A stretch of DNA of 63,886 nucleotides, the filler included, from Choristocarpus tenellus KU-1152 (lineage: Eukaryota; Protista; Phaeophyceae): assembly GCA_964200185.2 (NCBI GenBank). It is 10 parts of 10 records of this genome, joined end to end, with 100 filler letters (N's around TTAATTAATTAA, not from the genome) between each part and the next. Parts side by side here need not be neighbours in the genome. Positions count along the whole stretch, not along the records: positions 1 to 11,568 come from CAXNAD020002245.1; positions 11,669 to 18,985 come from CAXNAD020006341.1; 8 more parts are not named here. One strand, given 5' to 3'. Below the pieces are notes generated by a model. The model did not search any database. It was not told where the DNA came from and saw nothing but the letters and a program-made list of their open reading frames with translations. Of this stretch, positions 1 to 13,660 are shown in pieces (the first letter of the stretch is position 1; each line of letters starts with the position of its first letter). The position numbers and the translations under genes were made by a program.

Positions 1-47
1 ATTGACCCAAATGGACAGCCGCCACCCCCTCCCAGATACTTTGAGCC
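1..47. mobile_element. MITE family B, right end (truncated at window start)
   Basis: CCAAATGGACAGCCGCCACC(C)nAGATACTTTGAGCC, near-identical to 4078-4117 and 47343-47381. Confidence 0.8.
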
Positions 48-520
48 TGATCCTAAAGTTGCCCTTAGTGTATATTGTCATATCTATCATCTATCAACTC
101 CAGGTACATACCTTCCATCAGCTTTGCGATTTCCCTCATTGAGAGAAACAGGGTGTCATATTGATTTGTCCTGTAGTGAATGCACTAAGTACACACCTCC
201 TTCACCACGGCCATGAGCAATATCAACTATGTATTTTTGCCTCTCATGAACCTCGGGAGGACAATTACACAGGCACAAGGTACTTATGCCTCGAGGGGAT
301 AACCAGTTCATTTATCAATATTCATACTCGCAGAAATGATTTTCAGAAATTCCTGGCAAGCAACACAAGCAAGTCCTAGAGACCAATCCGCACATTCACC
401 CAACCACTGGACCACATGCCAGGAACATCAACAATTGATAGCAGAAATTGATTGGCTCACCCATCTTATAAAAAATTTACTGTCATTTTCTGTGCCCTAC
501 CCACCTCCTTGTATCTCAAG

Positions 521-3500
521 ACCTGCACCGTTCCAGTCCATGACGCTGCCACCGCCAGAGTTTACGTTAGTGTCCTTGACTCATCTGAATCCACACCTAC
601 TGCAGAGCGCCTACTAGGGGAGATTGAATTGCCGGTGGCTGGCATACTTGCTGCCGAGAAAGGTGTCGCAATTGCCAAGTCTGCAATGAACCGGGGCAAA
701 AAGGAGGAACCACATGCCAAGATTGAAGTAGTGGATAGTGAAGATGAGCAAGTGACGCCAGAGGTAGGGGTGAGGTCAGGGACAAAGCTAAAAAAAAAGG
801 TAGGTGGAGGAACAGGGTTGTTGGGAACTTGGACAGGAAAACGAGATGGACACTCGGCCATCATGAAGGCAAGTGGGGAGGAGACTTGGCAAGACTACCT
901 GTCTGAATTTGAAAGCAATGCCAAGATTGACAGATGTGGAGTTCACAATCCTTACAGGGGCAGAGGCAATAATGGCAGGGTTGAATCAAGTGTAGGAGAA
1001 GGAACCAAAGAGACAAGTGAGATCGTGAAATCATGTGGAGTGGAGGCATGGTTCCCTCTCTTTCTTCAGGGACAGGGAGGGGGGGACAGGGATTGGGAGA
1101 GGGTTGGAGAGGTGAGAATAAAGTACTCATATGGTTCTTAGACCTGTTATTGTATGGGTCAACGGAGATGGAGAAAGATCACATATGGATCGGACAATAT
1201 TGCAGGAGGGACTTTCTGCGAGAAAGCTCAGCACCAAACTGAGACCAGTTAGTCTTTGAATAGAGGAGACATATGCTTTCCGCTGCACACTGTGTAGCAG
1301 TCGGGTTCTGTGATTGTGACTAGTATATATAGGGTTAGGAGCAAGGGTCGGGTTAGGGAGCATTTGACTTCTCAGTTTGGGGTGCAGACCTGTATTCAAT
1401 AGTCTTCTGACAATGTCGCCTCCTACCTGTGGTACTTCTAGACTTACTTCACATATATGTACATTGAGAACGTGTAAGCCTTTCTTGTTTTCGAGGTAGC
1501 CAACAAAACATATAGAAATCAAATGATGGGGTGTTCCCCTCCGCTTCTTCTCTGCAGGTGAGGTTAGGCTGCCGATTTTTGTCAAGGGGATTAATGCTAC
1601 AACAAGAACTTACGGCAGGGGCTGATGAGGGTGACAATGGGCCAGGTGAACCCTATCGGTGAGATTTCCTCAAGTTTATGTCCTAGATTTTTTTTGTATT
1701 CTGTTAGATAATATGTATGTTCAGACTGATTTCCATAAATATTGTGATCTTGATACCGTGATTCAAATGCACCCAATATATTCAGAAAAGCTATGCTTGA
1801 GTCTTTCCTCAGTGTCAACTACAATAGTTTACTAGGGCATTTTTTGCAATGACACTGCTCACATCAAAGCCCCACAGTGAATTGAAGGAGTTGGCGCTGA
1901 AGATATTTTGTACGTGCAAGTCATTGTGTAGATTGATTTAGTAGAAACTATGGGAGTATATGATCTCTAATATCCATCTAGGCTATCCCACTCTTGGCAT
2001 TCACAGCTATCCCCACATGACAAAACTGTGAGGCTGAAAGGAGTCACAGTACAATAATGCTCAACTATTCTTTAAATAATCCCTACTCCAGAGTTCTAAT
2101 TTGTCAATATTAATACCATTTAATGGAGGTAATTCGTTTACAAATGGGAGTGACTACATCAATGAATTGTCAAAAAGCCACATTGAGTCGTCAGTAGGTC
2201 GGAATAGATATGCTAGAAATTCCCTAGCTCCTCCGTGTTCTTTTCTGTTGCCACTTCTTTGTGATCTGTGACTAAACATGACTAACTCCCTGTATCCTCC
2301 TGAATATCATCCTCACTGCCTCATATATGGCAACCTACTCTTCCATAGATACAAAATGGAACATTGCCCTGGCAGACTTTTTATACGTCTGGGACGCTGC
2401 GAGTCCTTGCCGAAAGCCATGATAGGGGAAAGGTGAGACAGTAGTCACTTCCCTTGTATAGTGCTGTCCAAGAAATAGATAAAGTATCCTACATACCTTG
2501 GCAATATATTGGAAAAGCATATATTCAAGGAATGAACCCCTGAGTGCTTCCAATGTTTTATCTGACATGCCCCTTATTATCCAAGATTTAATACATTTAA
2601 CAGTGTAGAAATGAAACATGAGTTCCTTGATGGAGCGACAAGTTAAGAGTATCATTCCACATCAATCCCTGCAGCACCACCATGATGCACATGATGAAGA
2701 TGATAGTTTATTTGTCATTTTTATGGTATCATCGCTACATGATTGTGCTAATTAGGTACTACATTTGTAGTTCGTAATATTCTCAGAAACTCTAAGCCAA
2801 CATGTGCTAAATATGCTACTATGAGAACTAAACCACTGTCTCTCGTTGTTTGGAGAAAATATCAAATGCGGGAAGTAGTAAAATAGTCAGATCTAGAAGT
2901 TTTTGGTAAGGAGGAGGAGGAAACTTCAGATCAAACAGACGACTTCTTACTTGCCTTATGGGCAAGCTTCGGTACACTTTAGTGGGAAACATACACAAAT
3001 AAAAATACACACCCAATGATATTACAGTATCCCTCCGAGAGGTACCTGCACACAATTTCAACAACATACAAACTTTTCCCAATCTTGACCCCTCAACCAA
3101 TCCTCTGCTGGTGGTTCTACCTTTGCTGTAACACCAAAACGGTGCTGAAAAAACGGCTACGTTACACAGGTCTCCACAAGTTGAGGCATACATTCGCCCA
3201 GGGTGGTGGAGTAGTCGAACTCAGAGGAAGGTCGGCCTGAACCCTGTATTTGATGATCAGATGGTGGCAGAGCTCCTGTGAGTTGAATCAGTGCATTGTA
3301 AGATAGAGGACTGCAAAATGTTGCTCACCAGTACAACAGTGTACTCAATTGTTTGCAAGTAATACATTATCAAAGGCAGGCGCACAGCACATGAACATGA
3401 AAATGAAGTCATCAAGTCGTTTCACACACATAATTATCATCTTACAACTCTCAGTCCCCCCCATGTACCCCCGTGGAGTACCTTTTTTGCCAGCTCCAGG

Positions 3501-6500
3501 CGCCACCAAGGAATATCACACCCCAGTACCTGACATGGTTCTGAGTACAAAGGTTTGAGCTGGGAACTTGGGCATACATGCAGAATGAAGGGACATGTGG
3601 CCCTGTTGTTGGACCCAGAGCATTGTCCTAATTCTGTTTTTTCAACAAAATCTTGATTGAAGATCCAATTTGATTCTTTAGCTCAGCTCAAAAATACACT
3701 TCTCTTATTTGAATTTCTTTGGGCATAGTGTATGGTACTAAATGTGGTTAGGCATCGACAGATCGAGGTACTAAAGTACTTCCAGTGTGCTTGAATTATT
3801 GAAAGACGCCTAAGAGATATTTAGATGTTGTTCTTGTATTTCCTTGCAGAAATGGTTCATCAAGTCTGTCGAACCCTTTGATGTGCTCACCTCAGCCTGA
3901 CCGAATACATGAAGTAGTTGCTTAGAAAATCTCAGAATTTGACCCAAAGTATCTGTGGGGGGGGGGGGGTCTACACCAGAGTGTCCATTTGATCAAAACA
4001 AGAAAAAGTGCACTTTCATTATCCATCCAACGTATGAAACCAAATCACCGAAAAATCGCGACATGAAACAATTGGCCCTAAATGGACAGCCGCCACCCCC
4101 CCCAGATACTTTGAGCCTTTAGAGTAATACATATTTTATAGTAGTGCTGGTATTGGGGAGTACGATTCTAGACCATGGAAGGTTTCAAGGAGGGAAGGTA
4201 GAGAGTCAAAGCATTTTAGAGGATAGGGCCGCATCCATTTGGGGTCCAAAACCCAATGTCGCAATCTTGATGAAATATTGGCTATCGTGCTTGTTAGGAA
4301 GTATTAGTATCCTTGTTCCGGACACACCTTTCATAGTCGTATACATTTTAGGTAACTGTGCTCTCTCAGAAAAACGAAAAAGGGTATAAAAAAACCCATG
4401 GGAAGTCAAGCCCCGAACAGACAGAGACGGCAAACTCCTACCCTCTTAAATGCTCTGGGTCTAGATGCAGTGTGTTCAATTCCATTTCACATTTAGAATT
4501 ATAGATTGTGCGCTAGGAAGTAAACATCCAGTTGTTTCAAAATGTGAGTGTTACTCACAGATGTAGTGTTCGTTTCAAAATGTTATGTCAAAGATGACTA
4601 TTCGACACCTTAGCCACAAATGGTGCAGAGGTGCACTGAATGATACGAGAACCTAATGCCATTGATCCTCAAGAACAGTGCGATTTTGGCAAAACCTGCA
4701 ACCTAAACCCATATCATGTCAACCGCCTCTGTGAAGATGGACACCCCAAGATTTGAACAGTCCTGAGCTGGTGCTTGAAGTTGTGGACAAATCCCTGGGA
4801 GGGGGTCGCATGGCGCAGGTTTGAGACACACCTTACACACCTCCTGCAAGGGTCAAAAAAGACCCTTGTCTTCATACAGTGTTTCCCATGAACTAAAGTT
4901 TAGACCTCACTTGTGCACTTAAGTTTACAAAGAACTCTTGAGCTTCAGTGTTGGGCTGGTGGCCTTCACTGCCCTCAAATATGATGTCAACCAGGTTACC
5001 CACGTATTTCCGTACAATCTCACAAACTAGACCAAAAACGTAGTTCCTCCTTGTTAAAGTATAACACAGTATCTACAGGGAGGCTTCGCATTGAGTCTCA
5101 TGGAATTTGATTTTCTTTTCTTTTTGGTGACAAAAAAGCAGGTGTGGATCCCTTTAAACCCCTTCATCCTCCACCCTGGAATGCCAGCAGAAGTATGCTA
5201 CCCACTGTACGGTGATGGTCCAAACGCTGATGCCAAGATCTTCTGTAGCATATTGTATGTCTCATCGTCTGGCACAGGGATAAGGGTAAGTAGAATGTTG
5301 AAGGGCAGAAAGGCGATAGAAGTTATAGGCCATAGCCAAGATATACCTCCCAACAATCCACATGCTCATGAATGCCTCCATCTCATGCCCTCCGGGTATG
5401 CTATTGTACTGCTTCTATAACTTCACAGCCACGGATAATGCATGGCAATGGAGGAGCGGGTATTTCCTCAAAAAGCAGTCACCCTGACTCTGTCTTGGAA
5501 TCGCTCTCTCGCTGTTCACACAAGGGACATGTTCATGTCGAAGTGATAGCTGCACGTGGGTTACCTGCAGGAACCAGGGATCCACAGGTACCAGCGTGGA
5601 TCAAGTGTTCAATTGGTTATGCTCTGTTCCTCAGGGACTCTCTCTTGTCAGTCCACTTTCGACTGTTTACGAAGTTATTCCGCTTTGGTCAACCATAGTG
5701 GAGAAGTTCAGGGGTGGGTGAGGAGTAGCGTACATTCTGTACAAGGCACCTCATAGTAAATGCTTGCAGTATGAATTGTGGAGTTGTATTAGCAATAGTA
5801 CCATTGCAGCAATTGCATGCTCTTCCATCTAATGGGCTCCTCTCATGCCACGTTGCAACAAATGGCACAGTGAGAGTAAAAGTATCTTAGAGGGTACAAT
5901 TTTTGTCATGTTTGTCCATTTGGGGTTTGACTTCCCAGAGGTTTTTTTAATGATATTTTCCTACTCCAAAACATTTCGGAGTAGGTATATTGTATACGTT
6001 ATGAAAATGCGTGTATGTGGAACAAGGATATTGACACTTGCTAACAAACACAACTCTGAGCGTAATTGCCACACATGTTTGATTGATAATTTTTGTGCTC
6101 CTCCAAACACACCCCTTGACAAAACATCGAGGTGGGCGTCCGTCTAAGGGTTCCCTGCTTCAGTGGAGGTTCGCAACCCCCATATCAGCGTACTCCTATT
6201 TGTGTTAGGGGACGTTATGAACCTCGGTTCAATAGTACTTTTCTCCTTCCTGCAAAGTGGGCTACTGACAGAGATGTGAACTCCACTTATGGAACAGTAT
6301 TGCAGCAGGAACGAGTCACTAGGGAAAGAGGAAACCAGAGGGACAAGGGGGACATTCCAGGGTGGAGTAATTGGAAATGGCAAGGATCTACTCCGGTTAT
6401 GGAGGTGGAAGTGATGTGCACAAGGGGTAGGGAATACGTCCTTGGCAAAGTTGAGGTGGGTTCAACGGGTAGAATGATGCAAAATTCCGTCCTCTACTAT

Positions 6501-9500
6501 TACTTGAACATCTCATATGTATGGTCTGCCGTATCATGTGTAGCGATAGGGCAAGGCATAGAGTTTCTGAAGTACACTGTCAATTGAACTCTCAATATGA
6601 TGACGACTAAGTCGAGTTGTAAAATCTACAATGTGATTTGATACTACTTCTCTTGGAAACTTGTCATAGAACATATTCCAGGACGAAGTGTTACCTCACT
6701 TACTGGTCATAACCTTGGGGAGTGTGATGCAGGCATGACATGCGACAAGTGTGCTTCAGCACTTATAGTGTAGAGAGATGTATGTCTTAACCCAAGATGT
6801 GCAAAGCAGAGTAGACTATGGGACCTACGTACATTCTGGAGTGGGTTTCAGGTATATAGCACAATCTACTTTAATAGATGAGGTTGCCATAACCGTTTCC
6901 CCTTGGACCTATTTCCTTATATTGCTTTTGCATTGTACTATGTGATGGTGAGTCCTGCTTGCCAACATTATATCATCACGCTGCAAGAAGAAATTGCTAA
7001 GCAATACCCTGTGGAACAGGTGAGACACCCCAGCTCCCCATTCACAGTGCAACCATCACGACCTCTGTCTGCAGCGGTTCCTCAAGTACTCTACCCTTAT
7101 CCAATAGTGGCTGCCCTCCGATTAATATCTCCAATCTTGCATCACCTATCAAAACAATAAAGTCAAGGCCTTGCAGCTGTACCTCCAACTCACTACAAGG
7201 CTATCTTTAATATCTGTCTCTTACCCTTCTAGGTGCCGTTATTCCCTCTGTGGCTATCCCTTGGACACATGACTCGCACGTGGTACCCCTTAAGGAGTCC
7301 CTGCGGTAGGAGAGAGGCTGGAAGTATACTCCTTGGAATCCAGTTCATGCCAGAAATCTACACCGCTCTAGGCATGGAAGGGCCTACAATCCGGAATGGA
7401 CAAGGAGATCAAGATTGGGAAGGGGGGAGAGAAAGGAAAATGTTCTTATTCATTGAGGTGATAGAGATATGAGTAGTACTTGGTTACATGAAGAGGTGGA
7501 AGAGGGATAGAAAAGAAATGCGTTGTCCATTTGAATAGAAGCATTGAGTCAATAAATTGTTTTCTCGAAATATATTTTCTTCTTATTCACGAGGAGGTAC
7601 AACAAAAGGTATAGTTCACAGTAGTACAAAAAAATTCAATGTGTTCAATGGGTCATTAGGGTATATTTGTCCCTGCAAAATATCCTACATTCTCAACGTC
7701 ATTGTTACTATCATCGCCCAAGTACCTGCGTTAATACACCTTATGGCAGTAGGAACCTCAGCATGAACAATACTATCAATTCTTTCCACTACATATCCCA
7801 CTGCTGATAGTCTCGCAGGCATCCTAATGGTCTTTGAAATGCACCTACCACTACTACGCCTTGCCCAGCAATGTTTAATCAATTTCCACCCACTCGTCTG
7901 GAAAAGGTCTTACAATGTGAATGTCTTCCCCTAAAAACTGTTTGAGATTGAAGAGTATGGCCTTAGTGGGTTCTATCGGTACGGATTTTTGACAACAGTC
8001 TTGGTGCCTCTCAGATTTATTAAACGTTTGCTATTGTGTTACCCAGGTGGCAGTGTTCTTCTGTACTGCATGTCAGTTTTTCCAAACAATTATTTTAATC
8101 CCATGCACGAAGCATGCCAGCAATGATCAATACGAGCAATAAAAAAAAATGTATATGCTCAAAATAAGTTATGTATTGTCATCACTCCTGAGCGTTTTCT
8201 CTTGAGGTGAAATTTCTGATGTGTGCGTGTGCATGTGTGTGTGTGTGTTAGGAGAGCCTTGAAGTTGATATATGCGTCCATCCATGTTGGAATTTCTGCA
8301 ACTTTAGTAGTGACAGGTCAGAATTAACAAGCTATTATCTCATTACTTCGACCATTATCAAGCACAAATGTGGTCTGAACCTTGGTTTACCTAAGGAAGG
8401 ACATTGAAGCAAGATTATGTGCTTGTAATCTTCTTCTGAGGGCAAACTACCTGAACAAATACAATATCACAATCATGTCATAATACTGTTGAACAGTGAG
8501 CGCCTCCTTTCCATCAGCTGGAGGTATAACGGTCCACCTGTTTCAATGCCCCTTGTGAACAGTTTTCTCTCAGTCACCCCTATTGTGGTCACCCCATCCA
8601 GAACGACCGTGGCAAACAACAAAACCCACACACAAACCCGTACAACTAACCAGCAATACAAAAATCCTCATCTAAGTGCAGGTGCGGCAAGGGCGCAATC
8701 TGCGAAGGGCACAGGCCCTAGGCAGCCAAGACCCCTGTGTTTTCTTCGAGCTCATGGGATCTGGTGTGAAGAGTGAGACGGCAGTAGCCTTGGGTGGAGG
8801 TAGGGATCCTGAGTGGCCAGATGGAACTGGTCTTCTGACTCTCCCATATCACGGTGTGAGCATGGCAAGGGGAGGGATGCGTGGAAGAGATGTCCTACGG
8901 TTGAGGGTTATGAATATGCAGCCATGGGCACAGAAAAAGGCAGTGACAGGAGCAGATGATTCTTTGATTGGACAGTGCGACTGGCCAGTTTCTGTAGAAG
9001 CATTACAGGGACAACCCGATTGTGGTTGGCATTCCTTGTGGCATGGAGTAGATGCGGCGGGCGAGTTATTCTTTCGTTGCAGGGTGGGTTGTGAAGGCGA
9101 GGGGATAGAACATATAGCTTCGGTCCCCACATTCGGAAATGCGGGCTGGGGAGAGGGGTGTTGGGGGGTAGGAAAAGATCTAGGTTCTTCAGGTAGCTTT
9201 CATGTGGAGTTCGTAGATGTGAGGGGCTTTAAGAAGATTCTCAAGGGAGCTGATTCCGAGAATCGCACAAGCCCTCATTCCAGGCCACTTCTTCCTTCCT
9301 TCACCCCAACACTAGACTCTGTCTCATCCCCCAGTGAACGAGGGACCAAAGAAGGTAAAATGCAAGAGTGCATTTGGGAAGGCTTAGCTTTCACAGCTCC
9401 CTCCACCTCAATGGCAGGAGATACTGAGGCTGCCCTTGGGGCACCAACGGCTGTTGTTGGGTCCGGAAGAGTGGTGGTAGTTAGAACGGGCAGGGTTGGA

Positions 9501-11568
9501 GGAGGAAAACGTTTGTGTGTGCAGCTGTTTGCAGAAGTTTCACTGGCTCCTGGAGAGGGATTGCCACTAGGTGGATCGAGAAAGCCACTAGTGAGGGCAG
9601 TTTTTGGAGTACCGCCTGAAAAGACGTCTTCCATCATCGATGTTCCAGGCTCTGAGCTTAGGGAGTGGTTTCCTGCTGTGGCCATAAAGGAGGACCAGTG
9701 TTGGAGAGGAGACAAGGGTGATGCACAAGTCGTAGATGAGACCGAAAGTGGGCAGGTGGGAAGGAAAACGAATTGTGATGTCCGAACATTTAGCTCATGA
9801 TTCCTTTGTTTTTCATGCAAGGTAAGCAATTCACTGCAAGGCTCACCAATGTATTCCCAAATATCCTTCGTTGACTTACCAGTGAAAGTATCTTAGAGGG
9901 TACGAGTTTTGCCCTGTTTGTCCATTTCGGGCTTGGTTTCCCATGGGTCTTGTATGACATTTTCCTATTCCAAAATGTTTCGGAGTGGGGAACGTGTATA
10001 CGTTATGAAAAGATGTGTCCAGAACATGGATATTGACACTTTCTAATAAACACGACAGCCAAAATTACGTCAAAATCGCAACATTGGATTTTGCCCCCTA
10101 AATTTTAAAATGGACGCAACTCTACCCTCTAAGATACTTTGGCTCTTACAAGAAATCTGCTCACCTAATGCTGACGTTTGCTGACTGCAGAGCTCCTGGG
10201 CTGTATTACCGTAACCCTTAGCCCACCTCAAAACGCCAGAAATTGCTGTACAAGAATCTGGAATTGAGCGTGATGGTCTTCATTGTACACAATTTACAGT
10301 AGCGCACAGTTTCAGTATGGTCGGTCTCTATTTGGCGGTTCACAGGGACTACAACGGCATATATCCTGAGATTGCTTATGCACTTACCTCCTCAAAAACA
10401 GGATATCTATTACAAGTTATGATGTTGTGTTCTGGGTCTGGTCGGTGAAGAGTTGACATCTACTAGCTAACTTATTTTATCATGTCCATAATATGCTACC
10501 AGCTGGGCCAAGAATGTATCCGTCCATGGATGTCCCCAGTAAATTTATCCCACGCACCCCTTCACACCAGGTGATGATTTCTCTGCGCTATGTTCCTCTT
10601 GCAGTTGGTGTCCTCGAGGTGAGTCGGAAGAATTATTCGAGTTTATTCCCTATGAATCTTCCCTGCTTAGCTGGTTACTTTACTCTGTGTATACTTGCAC
10701 TCAGTCATTTGCTTCATGTAGATTATGATGCTAAAGATACACTTTAATCTTCACTTTTTCTTAACCTCCACTTCATACTCTATGCACCATACATTATACA
10801 TCATGCTGAACACTGTATTCTCTGAAGGCCTTAAAGGCAGAGACTATATTATTCTTGACCCACAGTCCATGTTTCCCCCTCACAGCTCAACCAGTTGTTG
10901 ACTTAAATAATTTTTAGTGAACCTACTCTATCTTCTTGGGAAGGCTCAACAGTGGTTGGTGGGAAAGGTTAATCAATAAGCTCAAGGAGCGCCAGGCAAT
11001 TTCAGTTGCCTGCTCAAACGCTAATAATCCACCACACAAGGCACATAACCAGCAGTCTCTTTCATGATTATCTTTATTCCTCTAAGGCACTGCTGGCTAT
11101 GGAGATGTCCAGGTCTCCTCTGCAAACTACCCAATACCCAAAAAGAATATCACCTATCAAACTTTGATCCTGACAATGACCCTCCCATTTCCTCTTCAGT
11201 CTTCCAGTAGACCTACGTCCTTAACCTCTTCTTGTTGCCACTTACTACTCGTCCATTCTGCGGATCTAACCACAAAAGCCTCCTCCACATAGGTGTCAGT
11301 GCAGGAGTTGGCAATCTCCAAGAATGGTAGCAGGCCTCGACATGGTAGCTGCGGAATCCGATCTTTCACTCATCTCTCCCCTTCAGGAACAGGGGGGAGG
11401 ATGGGTCAATGTACTCGTAGCACACCGGGTAGAAGGGTTCAGGGAGCTGAAGGGGGTGGCTGTTCATGGAGAGGGACTCTTCCCCATCGCTTGAGGTTCA
11501 GCAATGCCTGTAACCAACAGCCAGCAGCACTCCACATCAGCATTGCTCAGGGGGATGCAATGGTTTGT
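521..11568 (+). CDS. Multi-C2-domain protein, partial (both ends missing), 12 spliced exons
   Basis: GT-AG exons with compatible phases: 521-1111, 1558-1658, 2349-2432, 3170-3277, 4737-4818, 5142-5285, 5429-5587, 6132-6455, 7233-7457, 8682-9755, 10571-10618, 11293-gap. Repeated C2 signatures: GRLFIRLGRCESLP...VGLNPVFDD...LVLEVVDKS; GHVHVEVIAARGLP..RDPQV...EPRFNSTF...VLGKVEVPL..TWYPL; LFIEVRQGRNLRRAQALGSQDPCV...GGRDPEW...LIGQCDWP...WHSL. Confidence 0.8.
3941..4117. mobile_element. MITE family B, full-length (177 bp, poly-G/poly-C subterminal tracts)
   Basis: Inverted ends GACCCAAAGTATCTG...CAGATACTTTGAGCC; body matches 39465-39608 and 60876-60943. Confidence 0.85.
4203..4461. mobile_element. 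MITE family A, diverged copy with TSD TAGA
   Basis: GAGTCAAAGCATTTTAGAGGATA...TACCCTCTTAAATGCTCTGGGTC flanked by TAGA on both sides; body matches other family A copies. Confidence 0.8.
5874..6055. mobile_element. MITE family A, truncated copy
   Basis: GAGTAAAAGTATCTTAGAGGGTAC plus about 180 bp matching 9880-10060; second end absent. Confidence 0.75.
9880..10145. mobile_element. MITE family A, full-length, TSD TTAC
   Basis: TIR core AAAGTATCTTAGAGGGTA...TACCCTCTAAGATACTTT; TTAC at 9876-9879 and 10146-10149. Confidence 0.9.
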
Positions 11569-11668
11569 NNNNNNNNNNNNNNNNNNNNNNNNNNNNNNNN
11601 NNNNNNNNNNNNTTAATTAATTAANNNNNNNNNNNNNNNNNNNNNNNNNNNNNNNNNNNNNNNNNNNN
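11569..11668. other. Artificial contig linker
   Basis: 44N-TTAATTAATTAA-44N. Identical linkers at 18986-19085, 29820-29919, 35735-35834, 39609-39708, 47243-47342, 52317-52416, 56383-56482, 60944-61043. Confidence 0.98.
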
Positions 11669-12700
11669 TCTGTTTTTAATGCTTAGGATGGATTCCCCAT
11701 CTCTCCCCCACTCTCTAGTCGCTTCGACGATTGATTTCCCGTTTTTTTTTTTAAACGATATTGTACCACATCAATTCTGTGTCGCTTTTTTCGGGCATGG
11801 GTGAACAAAATCGGGGCACCTACTGTACAATATTTTCTACTGTCATCTTACATGGTCAAAAGCTTCTAGATGCCAGTTGGTCAACAGAATATTGCGTTCC
11901 TATTCCAAAATAAACTCAACATTATAAAAATCAACAGCATATCATCTTCTGAAAAAGATCACCATTCAGGGATAAAAAGATCCGTTGCAACTCGTAAAAA
12001 CTCACCCACTAAGTTGATTGTGTTTACTCAATATTACAGATGTCAACAAATGTTTTCCAGAATTTTCAAGTAGTTCCGAAAATGCTAGGTCACTACTCTA
12101 ACGTTCAGTATTTTTCACTGCCCCATACACATAATTGACAAATATACCATCCACACATCTATACCCATAACGTGTGATATCCTGGCTATTCATACATATT
12201 GCTATTCCACCAGACCAACCAAGAAGGTAGTGGTGGTGTGTTTGTTGATCATGTTTAAGAGCGAGTCTGTGAGGAGGTGAAAAATACTGAAAATGAGAAT
12301 AGTTAACAAACATTATCAGAATTCTTCAATATATAGTATAAACAATGAATTTTGTTTCAGATATTCTTAAGTACTAGAACAATTGCATTCGTACCGGAAC
12401 ATGATCTTTTTAGAAAGATCATTATATTGATTTTTATAGCATCAAGTGTACCTTGCAATAGAGGTTATGTGCCTGAGGCTGACCCGTCATAACTTGTGAC
12501 GTAGACATCGAATTAAAAAAAATAAAAAGCATATTCGTGATGCCTGTCACAATGCCCTCCAGAGTACGGGCTTCGTTTTTTCTTTTTCGCCATTTTTTTC
12601 TATTTTTGAAGAAAGATCCGTCATATTGGGATTCGAATCCCGGATTGTAGGTCACCAAGAGTGGCAACAGATACACTATTACTTGATTAAAGTATAGAGT

Positions 12701-13660
12701 TTAGGTGGAAAAAAGCCTCCCTACCCTTTCTTCCTGTGTGTCCGTGCACCCACTCTTTGACTCGGCAAGGATGTCCTCGTCGATACCCAGAACGAAACGC
12801 CTCTCGTCGTGCCCTTGCTCCGACACCTTTATGTGGCCTTTAGTTAGGAAGTCTCTCTCCCATTTGCTCACAGTTTCCAACCTGACCAACATATATCCTT
12901 CTGCCATCTCGAGCGCCGTTTGACGGTCTTTCCCATCATTCATATACAGGTACAGGATTCGCAGTGTTAGAGCCTTTACTATCACATTTCCTCGTTGAGT
13001 GCCCAAAATGGGTTACCTTCTTTCGGGCTTGAGAGCCTTTGTAGCCCAACCCTAGCACCTTTCTCGGTTCCTAAGCCACTCTGACTCACATAGCTTCCAA
13101 ACAGCCAGGGCCTGCTGCAACTGTTGACTACTAAGATCTTCTACACCCAGGTTTTCAATTAGGCGTTTCCTGAGCGCAATGACACGCAGTTGCTCTGCTC
13201 TCCTCCCCAACCTTCCCTTCGCCCGGTCACTCTGGTTCTCCCTTCGCCCACCATGACCAGGCTTCCCCACAGACTTCGTCACTGTACCACACCTCCTGAT
13301 GGACTCGCCGCTCTCTTCCTACTTTCCTGAGGCGGCAGAGACTGCAGAGCAGTGCTCCTACATGGTTGAAGATCCAACCACGTTTGTGTGGTAATGCTTT
13401 CGACACATCTTCTCTCAGCGTCAATGTCGCGGCTGCATGGTCCATTTCATGATTTGATCATGCTGCTGGGCCATATTACACGCACTTTCTCATCACCTAA
13501 CATCGCACTGAGTTTCACACGGTACTTGCTTTTCTGTCGCCTCTCGACCGAGACGGTGCTGAGGGTAGATCCAGAGGGCAGAGTGGCCTCGGTGGCTCTC
13601 CTTTTCTCGCCGTCGTGGTCCATATTGCTCTGTGGGTCACCTGTGTGTGTGTTCACAGAA
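12701..13660 (-). pseudogene. Degenerate DNA transposase fragment, Tc1/mariner/IS630-like HTH region
   Basis: Fragmented co-linear minus-strand ORFs. LVRLETVSKWERDFLTKGHIKVSEQGHDERRFVLGIDEDIL resembles the HTH-W..F...G.....S.QG.H......DED segment of eukaryotic IS630-Tc1-mariner-like transposases; no DDE domain visible. Confidence 0.45.

Noticed and set aside
11613-11624. Recurring TTAATTAATTAA palindrome
   Set aside because: It is an assembly linker centred in fixed N runs, not biological.
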